Source: Macrostomum hystrix (lineage: Eukaryota > Animalia > Platyhelminthes). From it: a stretch of DNA of 64,000 nucleotides. The notes below the pieces were generated by a model. It saw only the letters and a program-made list of their open reading frames with translations. It made no database searches and was not told the origin of the DNA. Both the position numbers and the translations under genes were made by a program. Below, piece after piece: positions 1 to 11,499 of this stretch (positions are counted from its first letter, which is position 1; each line of letters begins with the position of its first letter). The stretch covers positions 16,554,001-16,618,000 of the forward strand of contig CATNEN010000038.1 in assembly GCA_950097015.1 (NCBI GenBank), written 5' to 3'.

Positions 1-220
1 CGAATAAGCTAGCGGTCCGTAGAGAGAACCTAAAAGACGACAGCGGGCCGCATTGACTGTAGAAATGTAAGTCACGGGAGAGATAAGATAGGGTAGAGAT
101 GAGACAAGGTAGAGATGCGACATAGGAAAGGATACTTTAAGTGTCGGAAGGGGCAACGGACCGGGTTTGGGAGCTTCGAGCGCCGCATATGGCCCGCGGA
201 TCGGAGTTTGCTGACCCGTG
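1..220 (+). mobile_element. Right part of a non-autonomous hAT-like MITE (same family as 26124-26997), cut by the window start
   Basis: Shares gccgcattgact..agaaatgtaag, short gagatgagac units and gtgtcggaagg..caacgg..gggagcttcgag.gccgcatat with 26124-26997; ends in TIR-like gagtttgctgacccgtg. Confidence 0.7.
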
Positions 221-409
221 AACTAGCCAATCAACTCTCAAATTAGCGAACCAACTGACCAATTAGCCAATAACATGTTTAACTAGCCAATCAGATTTCC
301 AGTGAGCCAAACGACTGTCCAATTAGCTACTTCCAATTGCCAATTTCCTGTCGAATTAGCAACCATAATCACCTGACTCATTTGCACCATCGTTCTCTTG
401 AACCTGCAG

Positions 410-664
410 CCGCTGCCGCTAGCCGACCAGGAGGCCGCCTTCGCCGAGCTGGAGAATCGGCCACGTCAGGGTGGTCACAGGCCGCCGGGCAGCGCTAAGC
501 CGGTGCACAATTCCGTGTTTAAGAGAACTCCGGCAATTCTCGGCACAGCGGGTGCCAGCTTCTCTGGCAGGCAAGTGCGCATGGGAGTCATTGGGCAACA
601 CGTGGAGGTGGAACCGCCGCAGCAGCCACAGCAGCAGCAGCTTGCTATTGAGCAGCCGCCGCAG
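410..664 (+). CDS. Penultimate exon of an unidentified gene (upstream exons outside the window)
   Basis: ctgcag|ccg acceptor and cag|gtaatc donor; 85 codons, phase 0/0, joining in frame to 758-1165. Confidence 0.7.
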
Positions 665-757
665 GTAATCCATTACAACCATTGCTTCAATTCATCTGAC
701 ATCTGACCCAACTGGTTAAGGCTTAGTTGTTATTACATTCCATTTATTCTAAAACAG

Positions 758-1165
758 GTTCGCTTGAGCTTCGACGAATGGTCGCAACGCAAATCGGAGC
801 AGCTAGCCGCCGAGCAGCGTCGACAGCGCGAAGCCGAGCAACAGCGTCGCGAAGCCGCCGCCGCCGCCGATCCGCAGATGTCGGCCCTTGTGCCGCAACT
901 GGCTCGCCGACGAATTCGCACGGCCACCGAGTTGAAACAGCGCCGTACAGACACCGGCCTGGGTCTGTCCCGGCCTCGCACCGCTGTGCCAGCTTTGGCT
1001 CCGTCACAGTCGACTGCTTCAGCCGGGCGTCGTCATTCAGCGCGAGCTCGGACCAGCTCGTTGGAGCGCCGGGAGGCGGGCATCACTAGCCAGCTGGCGA
1101 ATCCGTTTGTAGCTCCTGCTGAGGACGCCATGCTCGATAGGATTCTAGGCGGTGGAAACAGCTAA
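758..1165 (+). CDS. Last exon of the unidentified gene (coiled-coil-like segment, ends AMLDRILGGGNS*)
   Basis: aaacag|gtt acceptor, GC-rich open frame, TAA at 1163-1165, then AT-rich 3' UTR. Confidence 0.7.
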   Translation, partial: VRLSFDEWSQRKSEQLAAEQRRQREAEQQRREAAAAADPQMSALVPQLARRRIRTATELKQRRTDTGLGLSRPRTAVPALAPSQSTASAGRRHSARARTSSLERREAGITSQLANPFVAPAEDAMLDRILGGGNS

Positions 1166-1876
1166 AGCTGCTTAAAGCTGCTTTGGAAACAGCTGCTTAA
1201 ATACTTTACATTTTTCCTTAATTTTACTTTCCAAAATCCGATTGCACTACTTAGAATATAGAGTTTCTTTGGCGCTATTATTTTGTCTATTGAATCTTTT
1301 TATAATAACTTAAGAATTTATGATTATGTCCTCGAACACTCTTGAACTGATTTTATTGTTCTTCTGTGATTTATTATCCGTCCAATCACCCGAATTAAAA
1401 AGCCTTTTTATTTTTTGTGTATACATATTTTATAATTGTTTTGATATCGTTTTCTGTGATATAAAATGTACTGTATGCTCTCATGGATGCACCGCTGCTG
1501 TGACATTGACCCTTAAGTGACAAATGTATCACAGGCTCGCAAGCTATGCTTGGATTGAAATTGTTGTTTTACTTTTTAATATCGGCCTTATCATCCGTAT
1601 CTATCTGGTATATGCGGTTATTGGCCTGTCTTATGTGAATAAATATAAGAAAAGTTTAAAGGGTAAAGTGAAATTTCCAAATAATTATCCAAGACATTTT
1701 TGTCTTCCATTCCCTCATTTCTCACTTTTCATGTCTTTGAGTCGGATATGTATGTTATTTGAGCGATGCAAACAACAAATTTAGCTTATGGGTATTTTGC
1801 TTTTCCTCTAAATTACAAGCAGTTACTTTACGTGAACTCCTGATCTAATAAACTCGATTTCGAATGTCGCACTCTC

Positions 1877-2314
1877 CAGTGGCGTATCTAGAGGGGATAC
1901 GGGGATATATCCCCCCCATTTCGCCGACCGAAGAGTGTCACCAACCCACGAAAAGTCGAAGACGAACGTTATGGCGGAATGTCATAGTCGTAATGTCGTT
2001 ATTCGGCACAATGATGTTCTGAATCTGAATCTGAACTATCTCTGTCTCGTCTGCGTCTCGCCGTCTCGTCTCTCGCCTCGACTCTGACGTGAGTCATGAC
2101 GGTGACGTCTCTGATGACTCTGATTCTGAGTCTCTGACTCTGGCTCTCTGACTCTCGAAATGTATAACAAAGTAATTAAAAAGGTAGCGAAATCGTTGTC
2201 TGCAAATGGACTACAAAAGGTTATTTCAGTTTTTTAGCAGAATGCGACTCATTTTCTCTGATAGTTGAAACAGCAAATTTATCCCCCCATTTTTAAATCC
2301 TAGATACGCCACTG
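1877..2314. mobile_element. hAT-like MITE
   Basis: 15-bp TIR cagtggcgtatctag/ctagatacgccactg; gcactctc at 1869-1876 recurs at 2317-2324 (8-bp TSD offset by 2 nt). Confidence 0.8.
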
Positions 2315-2689
2315 CAGCACTCTCTTACGCAAAAATTTAAATCATCCTCTCGAAACAAGTTTCGTATTAGACAAAAATAAGAAAACTGTGTTCTGATATT
2401 AGCACACAGTAATTCATTTTTACAATTTAACCTAATAAGTACGTAAACTGTCGACAACATAGTTGAATAATTAAGTGAAATATAAGCATCTTAGTGACAA
2501 CTAGTTTATTTTTGTTTTTCTTAGCATTTTGATTAAGACTCTTTTTAAAACTCCGAAGTTCTTAGAAATTGTAGTCAAAAGCCTCCGCTTAGTCGCTTAC
2601 TTTACATAAATTAATATAACACACTTATACCACTTCACTTTGTATTTGAGCAAAAATCCTATTCGCTTTGCAAACCGCACTTTCGTCAA

Positions 2690-2951
2690 ATGTCGAAAGA
2701 TATTATCAAGGATATTTGTGTGAATGATCCAGACAAACCTCTATGCATCACTCAAGGAGGAAAAACTGGCGAGCTTGTTGTTCTGCACAAAGCAAAACCA
2801 GAAGCCAGCACTTCAACTGTCCAGTGCCAATATGTAAAGCTAAATGTTGGTGGTTATAAATATTACACCTCGGTAGCTACACTATTAAAACAGGAAAGCA
2901 TGCTGAGTGCCATGTTTAGTGGAAGAATGAATATCTTTACTGATGCTGAAG
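2690..2951 (+). CDS. KCTD10: BTB/POZ protein of the KCTD10/KCTD13/TNFAIP1 (BACURD) family, exon 1
   Basis: YVKLNVGGYKYYTS..TLLKQESMLSAMFSGRM BTB start; donor g|gtaatg. Confidence 0.88.
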
Positions 2952-3180
2952 GTAATGAGTTATTGTCTATATTCGATATTCTCTACTTAAGATTGATAGT
3001 CTTCCTTGTCCATAAAAACGCATATATATATCTATAGAACTAAGTCTTTTATGAAAATATAATAGTCACTTGAAAATAAGATGCAGAGCTGAATCTTGAT
3101 AATGATAATGATTATGGACATGCCCATAGCGGCAATATATAGTTGTTGTTTCTACTTGGATATTTAATGCTATCTCAAAC

Positions 3181-4106
3181 AGTCCCAGGTCATTTCAGTG
3201 ACAAGACATTTCAGTGACAGTCATTTCGGTGACAACTTAAGTCATTTTAGTGACACAATTGGTCAGATTGGTGACAACTATTTTTGGGTACCTGGACACT
3301 TCGTCATCTTACAACTTCGTCATCCAGATGACAATCTGTCCAATATCTTAGAGGGTGGATGATGAAGAGACTTAGACTTGTGGGCACTTTGTCATCTATA
3401 AAACAAAAGTTTTTAAAGTTAGAACAGAACCACCCCTCCCCACCCCCCTCACATTGTGTTGGCACATATCTTTCAACACTTATAATGAAATCAGTTTTGA
3501 CACCTCTTTTTGATAATTTAGAGTGTGAAGTGTGTTCACACCTCTGCCCCACCACCCCACATCCCCACCCTCACTTTATTGATGATGAACTTGATTGCTT
3601 GTTATTAGAAGATAACAAACTGACCAAACTTTAAAGCATGCCAATTGGCTGGATGACAAAGTGTCCTACCTTCCAAGTGGATGACAAAGTTGTAAGATGA
3701 CAAAGTTGTAAGATGACAAAGTGTCTAGGATCCCTATTTTTGTACCTAAATATGCTAAAAACTGCCTTCCATTTTAACTATGCACACATATAAAGTATTA
3801 ATTAAATAATGCTATAAGTATTAATCAGAAGCTGTATTGCTCTGATTAAGCCTAGGTTTTACTTTAAATGAGTTAAATTATTAAATTATTTAATGAGTAG
3901 TCAATAGTTTCAATAGTTATTCATTCCTAATTAAATGTGTATAATAATCATTTTTCAAGTTTTGGATTGAGAAAGCGAGTGCAGGCTTTAAGCAGCTGCT
4001 GGATCATGGAAGGCTGTTTTCTCAGCATATTTAGGTGCAAAAATAGTTGTCACCAAACTGACCAATTCTGTCACCGAAATGTCTGTCACCGAAATGACCT
4101 GGGACC
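3181..4106. mobile_element. Long-TIR MITE (outer element)
   Basis: TIR (a/g)gtcccaggtcatttc.gtgaca...ggtgacaactatttttg..cctaaatatgct mirrored at 4023-4106; TSD tctcaaac (3173-3180 and 4107-4114). Confidence 0.8.
3287..3733. mobile_element. Mutator-like MITE nested inside the left TIR of the outer MITE
   Basis: TIR gg(ta/at)cct.gacactt.gtcatcttacaactt.gtcatc; 9-bp TSD ctatttttg (3278-3286 and 3734-3742). Confidence 0.85.
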
Positions 4107-5539
4107 TCTCAAACTGTTGTCTTACCATGTTCCATTAACGTAGATATAAAATATTTTTTGCTAATGTCATATTCTTATATACTGCTTTGGCATAATATAA
4201 CTATTGAAATTTGTTCTATAATACAAGCAGCTAAACTCTTAGCTTGACATGTCAAGTACTAATAGTCAAATTGAACAATAAATATTTTAATAATGTATTA
4301 TTATCAGCTATAGGCCATAGTCAGGAAGGTGTTAAAGTGTGCATAAGAATATTTCCAGAATAATAAGCTAAGCTAGGCAAAAAGAAAGTAAAATAGACAA
4401 CAACAAACATTAAGCAAATTTTGGCACAGCTGTTGTACAAGCTATGCTATGTGTGCATTGATATGTTCAGCAAGGCTATATAGCCTTGTTTTTGGCATGT
4501 TTTGGTAAATGCCTCTGATGAAAAATCACTCCATATAACATAGGCATTGATTAATTATAAAAAAATATATATATTTATTTTTTGATAATTTTTTTGGTTG
4601 TGACAACACATTTTCAGTATACTTTATTACAGTTCAACACTTCATTTTTACTTTTCAAATAATTGATATATAAGTTTGCAAGTATATCTTTATTACCTTT
4701 GTAATATTATATTCATATAGTTGCAGTTGACATTGCATAAAAGCATAGTTACTTTGTCAATATTCAGCTCTTGCATTTAAAAAATTATATGAATGATAAA
4801 ATGTTAGCTAAATAAGCTACTTCATTATGTTCCTATATCTAACATATTGCTATACTTTAGCATTAGGCATTTATTATACATTATATCCTACTACATAAGA
4901 ATAGCCAGTTATATAAGTTTGCTATGGTCATAACCAAAATTTCATATCTGTATCTTCCAAAATTTCCTATGGCCTATGAACATTAGTAGCAGTGGCTATC
5001 CTTACATGGGTATTTCCTGTTCTTTACTGTTGCCTCCCATAGCTTTGTGTACCATCATTTGAATCATGTGATTTTTTAATATATATAAGCCATGTGTAAC
5101 TCACTGAACTACAATATCATCTAGTTTAAAATTCAACAGGTCAACAGGTTCAGGATGAAACTCCCGCATGACCCCAGAACATACATGTGGCATTTTAATC
5201 TCCATAGTTTGAGTCACCAACATGGCACTAGGGAATTGAGAGCTTCCATTGCTTGAAAATTGTATGCTTTATAATAGAGGCATGGTTACTTTCTCCTTAA
5301 AGACATGATTCATGGTCACGCCAATTATGGCCTTACAGATTGTGGCTTTAGGATATTTGATAGCCATTGTCTTTGATGTGTCAACCTGGCATTGTTAATT
5401 GACCAACTGTCTAGTTTCTCATTTCCTAGTATAAGGGCATGAAATTGGAAGCTTTTTTCAGCTTTTAATTTTAATCAGTTGCTAAATTTAGATTTGCTAC
5501 TATTAGGTACTAATTATTCTAATTTGTATCCCAATTAAG

Positions 5540-5691
5540 GCTGGGTTATGATCGATCGCGATGGCAAGCACTTTGGCATCATTCTCAATTATCTGCGCGA
5601 CGGCAGTGCTGAACTGCCAGACAGTCAGAAGGAGCTGCGCGAACTGCTGCGCGAGGCCAGCTACTACTGCTTGAGCAATCTCATCACCAAG
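5540..5691 (+). CDS. KCTD10: KCTD10-like, exon 2
   Basis: GWVMIDRDGKHFGIILNYLRDG...EASYYCL BTB motif; taag|gc acceptor and aag|gtgagc donor; phases match. Confidence 0.9.
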
Positions 5692-6215
5692 GTGAGCAGT
5701 CCTACTGGTTCTTAAATTTGCCGTTTTTGTTAATGAAATAATATTTTCTTCGCGTGCTACTGTTAGTAGATTAAAAAATCGACGCAGGCACACAACTGGA
5801 ACAGTAAAGTAACAGTTTTATAGAAAATCAGAGAAAAAATCTAGAAAAGCAAAACAATATTTTCTGCTCTCAGCCTTAGCCGGGTAGGGGTAGCAGACGC
5901 ATCACGTGGTTTCTATTATTAGAAACTGACGTCAGATAAGCTGGCCAGCAGACCAAGGTGTCTGTTGCTAAAAATAGAAATTGACGTCAGAATACGTATG
6001 ATTTGCGTTGGAAATAGATTCTAACACATGCAGACTTGTTTCTAAAAATAGACATGAGTCATAAGTACAAGTAAACAGGCAGTGTCCTCTAAGGATCATT
6101 TGATGCAGGCATCCCTAGAAATTAGCAGGCAGACAAATGAATCATGCGGAAAGACAAAGGGACAAAGGACAAAGGAATAATCATATCTTATCATCATATC
6201 ATATCTAATCCGCAG

Positions 6216-6571
6216 GTTGAGTACGCCCTAAAGATGCGCGAAGTCTCATGGCAATCTGTGCCAAAAGCCTCAACAAACATTATCCTGGTTAATCAGTCCA
6301 CCCAGGCAGAAGCCGACGCCATTGTTCGCAGCGGTGTGCCAGTTGTCAAACTGACAATGAATCGGCATAATAATAAGTATTCCTATACTACTAATTCATT
6401 TGATTTGCTGCTAAAGAATAACGAACTATTCGAATCGTTGGCCGTGAGATTTCCGGACAAAGTGAAGTTCATCAAGGACGTCTGGGGCCAGTCCTCTAAT
6501 CCGGAGAACGGCATCTGCACTTGGACATTCTATTTTAAAGGCCAGCCAATCGGAGAGCTGGATGATCATAG
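6216..6571 (+). CDS. KCTD10: KCTD10-like, exon 3
   Basis: PVVKLTMNRHNNKYSYTTNSFDLLLKNNELFE is typical of BACURD proteins; cgcag|gtt acceptor and ag|gtttgt donor. Confidence 0.88.
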
Positions 6572-6687
6572 GTTTGTCGAATTCTAATGCATTGTGCTTT
6601 GTTAAGAATATCGTAGAAGTATAATATTCAAATATGTCTGCTTTAACTTCCTTGCACCTTTCGAATATCTTTCAAGATCCCAAGTTA

Positions 6688-7715
6688 TCCTCATACTCTT
6701 CCCAGATCCTCATCTATCTTCCTAGATCTCCAAGTTATCCTCATACTCTTCCCAGATCCTCATACTCTTCCCAGATCCTCATACTCTTCCCAGATCCTCA
6801 TACTCTTCCCAGATACTCATACTCTTCCCAGATCCTCATACTCTTCCCAGATCCTCATACTCTTCCCAGATCCTCATACTCTTCCCAGATACTCATACTC
6901 TTCCCAGATCCTCATACTCTTCCCAGATCCTCATACTCTTCCCAGATCCTCATACTCTTCCCAGATCCTCATACTCTTCCCAGATCCTCATACTCTTCCC
7001 AGATCCTCATACTCTTCCCAGATCCTCATACTCTTCCCAGATCCTCATACTCTTCCCAGATCCTCATACTCTTCCCAGATCCTCATACTCTTCCCAGATC
7101 CTCATACTCTTCCCAGATCCTCATACTCTTCCCAGATCCTCATACTCTTCCCAGATCCTCATACTCTTCCCAGATCCTCATACTCTTCCCAGATCCTCAT
7201 ACTCTTCCCAGATCCTCATACTCTTCCCAGATCCTCATACTCTTCCCAGATCCTCATACTCTTCCCAGATCCTCATACTCTTCCCAGATCCTCATACTCT
7301 TCCCAGATCCTCATACTCTTCCCAGATCCTCATACTCTTCCCAGATCCTCATACTCTTCCCAGATCCTCATACTCTTCCCAGATCCTCATACTCTTCCCA
7401 GATCCTCATACTCTTCCCAGATCCTCATACTCTTCCCAGATCCTCATACTCTTCCCAGATCCTCATACTCTTCCCAGATCCTCATACTCTTCCCAGATCC
7501 TCATACTCTTCCCAGATCCTCATACTCTTCCCAGATCCTCATACTCTTCCCAGATCCTCATACTCTTCCCAGATCCTCATACTCTTCCCAGATCCTCATA
7601 CTCTTCCCAGATCCTCATACTCTTCCCAGATCCTCATACTCTTCCCAGATCCTCATACTCTTCCCAGATCCTCATACTCTTCCCAGATCCTCATACTCTT
7701 CCCAGATCCTCATCT
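6688..7715 (+). repeat. 19-bp minisatellite (tcctcatactcttcccaga), about 54 copies, in KCTD intron 3
   Basis: Near-perfect tandem array with degenerate units continuing to about 7970. Confidence 0.97.
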
Positions 7716-8074
7716 ATCTTCCTAAGTCCTTAAGTATCCTCAATTTTCAGATCACAAATATCGTTAGCAATATTCGCAGATCATCAAATGTCCTCAGCTA
7801 AGATCTTAACTCCCATTAAGTCCTGCTAGATCTAAAAAATCCTTAACTTATCCTTCTAGATCCCGAAATATCCCTAACTATCCACCTAGATCCCGTAATA
7901 TTCTCAGCTATCCTTCTTGATCCCCAAATATCCCAAGCAACATTAGCAGATCCCAAATACCATCAGCAGTCCGAGAAACACGCGTACATAAAATTATCCC
8001 CAGACACCTCAGGTACAGTTCCCCACATAATAATTAGTCCGCACTATATGCCCCAACATTGCGTACAACTACAG

Positions 8075-8366
8075 AGGCGCGTTTGAAGACTCTGGCGCTG
8101 TTGGCGGCGACGGTCGCGAAGGTCGCGACGTCGGCGGCGGCGGAGGGGGCAGCAGCGGCGGCGATCAGGCGACGTCCATCGTCTGTCATTCAATCTTCTA
8201 CGGCAACGAAAAGAAGCAGACAAAAGTTGACTTCCACGAAAACAAAGTTTATTCTCGCTTTATAAAGATGTTCTCATTGTTCATCAACGAAGACGAACGC
8301 TTGAAAAAAGAGGCAGCCGCTATTGAGGCTCAACAGGCGCACGCTGCAATGTCTCTGAGCCAATAG
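8075..8366 (+). CDS. KCTD10: KCTD10-like, exon 4 (last)
   Basis: IVCHSIFYGNEKKQTKVDFHE matches KCTD10 [21 protein letters not shown]; actacag|a phase-2 acceptor; TAG at 8364-8366; not in the ORF track. Confidence 0.8.
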
Positions 8367-8989
8367 TCATTACTTGACAATGTTATAACAAAAAAATCAA
8401 GATCCACTTTCTAAAAGCAGTGTTTATAAAAAATTCTTGAATATTCTTGCACTGTAATAATTTTTATAGCGCTAAATTATGACAACAAAAAATCTAGCTA
8501 CTTTCAGTAGGGCAGTTGGCAAATTAGAAAATGTCATATTTTAATACGGAGTAATTTAGGATAATCAATATTTTTTCAACGCTTTGCATAATTCTGCGTT
8601 GTTACCTACTCCTGTGATTGTTTGCACTCGTTATAACAGTTTTTTTAATCTTCGAGATGCACGTTAGAAATCATAAGCGGATTGTTTGCTGTTTATTTAT
8701 TTTAGTAACCAACTGAGTGTTGTTCGCAAGTTTTAGTTCGTAAGTTAGTTCAGTTTTTTTTACTTTTGCTTTTTGCATCTCCTAAAAAATTGTTAAAATA
8801 CAACTTAAAATATTGTCTTTTATTGCCTAGCTAACTATCTTGTCTAACAATTCTGTTCTATCCGTAAATTTGACTGAAAAGTTGTATTTTTTTGTAATAA
8901 AACAAGTTACTTCTCTTTATTTTTTAAATTTATAATTCGCACATATTTCTTACTTCTCTTTTTATGCCTATGCTAATATAAGTATGCCT

Positions 8990-9215
8990 ATTTTTAGAAA
9001 CAGAAGTAGCTTTTTTATAAACAAAAGTATGCTTATTGTTAGAAATAGAAGCAGCTATTTTTAGAAACAGAAGTAGCTATTTTTAGAAACATAAGTAGCT
9101 ATTTTTAGAAAAAGAAGTAGCTATTTTTAGAAGCCGAAGTAGCTCTTTTAGAAACAGAAGTAGCTTTTTTAGAAAAAGAAGTAGCTTTTTAGAATCAGAA
9201 GTATGCCTATTTTAT
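8990..9215 (+). repeat. About 21-bp minisatellite (tttttagaaacagaagtagct)
   Basis: About 10 tandem degenerate units. Confidence 0.9.
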
Positions 9216-9409
9216 AATCAAGTGTCAATTTAAAGTTATTTTTCAATAAAAAAATATCTTTAAAAAACTTTCAGTACGATAGAATCACATTTGAAGTTTT
9301 TTAACGACACAAAAAGCTACAAAAAGTCACTGTCTCCATTTCTTCGTCTCCGGCTGTTGGCCATTGTTCTTATTTTATTTCGTCTAGATTAATTGAATTC
9401 CTCGCATCC

Positions 9410-9756
9410 ATGACTAGCGGAGATGACAGCAGCGGCGCAGGAAATGGCTTAGCAAAGCTGTCAGTAAACAGCGCCGGATTCTCCTACGCCGGCAGCGACC
9501 AGATTCGCTGGACGGACACGGTCGGCTGCCATTGCGAACGATCGCGCTTCGCCAGCAGCCTGACGGTGTTTGTCTATCCGAAAAATCGACGCTCCGGCCG
9601 ACGAGAGCGTCGGGTTGTTCGCTGGCCGATTGGCGCCTTCCAAGATGCTAAAGAGTGCCAACTGCACCTGCTGGCTGCATTGCGTTGCGGTGGCGTCAGC
9701 AGCGGCGGTGGCGGTGATGTCGAGAATCTTGATTTAACACCAACTATGGCCTGGCC
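9410..9756 (+). CDS. SPHK: Sphingosine kinase, exon 1 (PH-like N-terminus)
   Basis: ATG-initiated ORF; cc|gtgagt donor is in phase with exon 2. Confidence 0.75.
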
Positions 9757-9865
9757 GTGAGTTTCTAATTCAATTGGTTCTTTATATTTTACATCAATTG
9801 AGCTCTAGTAAACTCAAGCACTACTTAAGCTCAAGTTGAGCTCTACTCAAATTTGGCATTCATTA

Positions 9866-10602
9866 TTCCTCTTTACCTCTTCCTCGCTTCCCCTCTTCCT
9901 CTTTCCCTCTTCCTCTTCCCCTCTTCCTCTTGCCCTCTTCCTCTTCCTCTGTTCCTCTTCCTCTCTTTCTCTTACCGTCATCCTCTTCCCCTCTTCCCCT
10001 CTTACCCTCATCCTCTTCCTCTCTTCCCCTCTTCCCCTCTTCCTCTTCCCCTCTTACCCTCTTAACCTCATCCTCTTCCTCTCTTCCCCTCTTCCCCTCT
10101 TCCCCTCTTCCTCTTCCCCTCTTCCTCTTCCCCTCTTCCTCTTCCCCTCTTCCTCTTCCCCTCTTCCTCTTCCCCTCTTCCTCTTCCCCTCTTCCTCTTC
10201 CCCTCTTCCTCTTCCCCTCTTCCTCTTCCCCTCTTCCTCTTCCCCTCTTCTTCTTCCCCTCTTCCTCTTCCCCTCTTCCTCTTCCTCTCCCTCTCTTCCT
10301 CTTCCTCTCTTCCTCTTACCCTCATCTCTTCCCCTCTTCCCCTCTTCCCCTCTTACCCTCTTCCTCTTGCCCTCTTCCCCTCTTCCTCTTCCCCTCTTCC
10401 CCTCTTCCTCTTGCCCTCTTCCTCTTCCCCTCTTCCTCTTGCCCTCTTCCTCTTCCCCTCTTCCTCTTGCCCTCTTCCTCTTCCCCTCTTCCTCTTGCCC
10501 TCTTCCTCTTCCCCTCTTCCTCTTGCCCTCTTCCTCTTCCCTTCTTCCTCTTGCCCTCTTCCTCTTCCCCTCTTCCTCTTGCCCTCTTCCTCTTCCCCTT
10601 CA
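9866..10602 (+). repeat. Pure polypyrimidine (cctctt/cccctctt)n low-complexity tract in SPHK intron 1
   Basis: About 740 bp almost exclusively C and T. Confidence 0.95.
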
Positions 10603-11045
10603 TTCTCCGCCTATCTTCTCATCCCTAGCTGTTCCTCTGGCGTGTTTCTTACTTCGGTATTTCACCTATCTTATCCACACAACATTGTTACCTTTTTAAG
10701 CTTACATAAATATGTTGTAAAGCTCCAGATTTGTCGTTTCCTAGAAAAAGTTTTTTGTTAACGTCAAAGTTGAAAACGCTTCAATAAAAATCTAGAAAAA
10801 CAGTTCCGACCGAATTATTTTTACCCGAAGATTGAAGAATCGTTTAAATCAACACAAAGTTTGACACGAAGGGCAATGTTAAGTTCTTTGTGTTATTTTT
10901 GTCTCAAAGAAACACTATTTTAATTTATGAGCTAAGTCAATATGAATCAATATCATTTACTTAATAACAGTAACTAAGCCGAACCTTTTTTTAAAAACCT
11001 ACCTAAACTTTTCTGAAACACAACCGCAATTCCCATCTCACCAAG

Positions 11046-11338
11046 GAAGCCCTGCTTGATCCTTCTGAATCCTCGATCTGGGTCCGGCAAGGCCTACGAA
11101 TTATTTCTGCGCTATGTAAATCCCATTCTGGCCGATGCCGACTTCCCCTATCAGCTGGTCGTCACCCGGTCTCTGGATCATGTCCGCGAATTGGCCAGCT
11201 CCGTTCCAGTGAACTCGGTGTCCGGCATTGTCATCGTCTCCGGCGACGGATTAGTCTACGAAGTTGTCAATAGCCTGTTGAATAGGCCGGATGCTTTGGA
11301 GGCTATTGAACGTCTTCCCATTGGGATTATTCCCGCCG
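11046..11338 (+). CDS. SPHK: Sphingosine kinase, exon 2
   Basis: LLNPRSGSGKA, SGDGLVYEVVN and PIGIIPAG DAGK-fold motifs. Confidence 0.93.
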
Positions 11339-11499
11339 GTAAGTAAATATTTTTTGCATTTTATTAATCTCATAAACCTCAAAATCCGAATCCCTTAACT
11401 TATAATCCCCAAACTCAAAATTCCCAAAAACTCGTAATCTCTGAACTCAATTATCGTCAAACTCAATAATGCCTAAATTCTAAACTCATTTTATCCTTA

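Noticed and set aside
6634-7725. 363-aa repetitive ORF
   Set aside because: Translation of the 19-bp intronic minisatellite; no coding evidence
9836-10761. Pro/Ser/Leu-rich and Arg/Glu-rich ORFs
   Set aside because: A C/T-only tract lacks stop codons by composition
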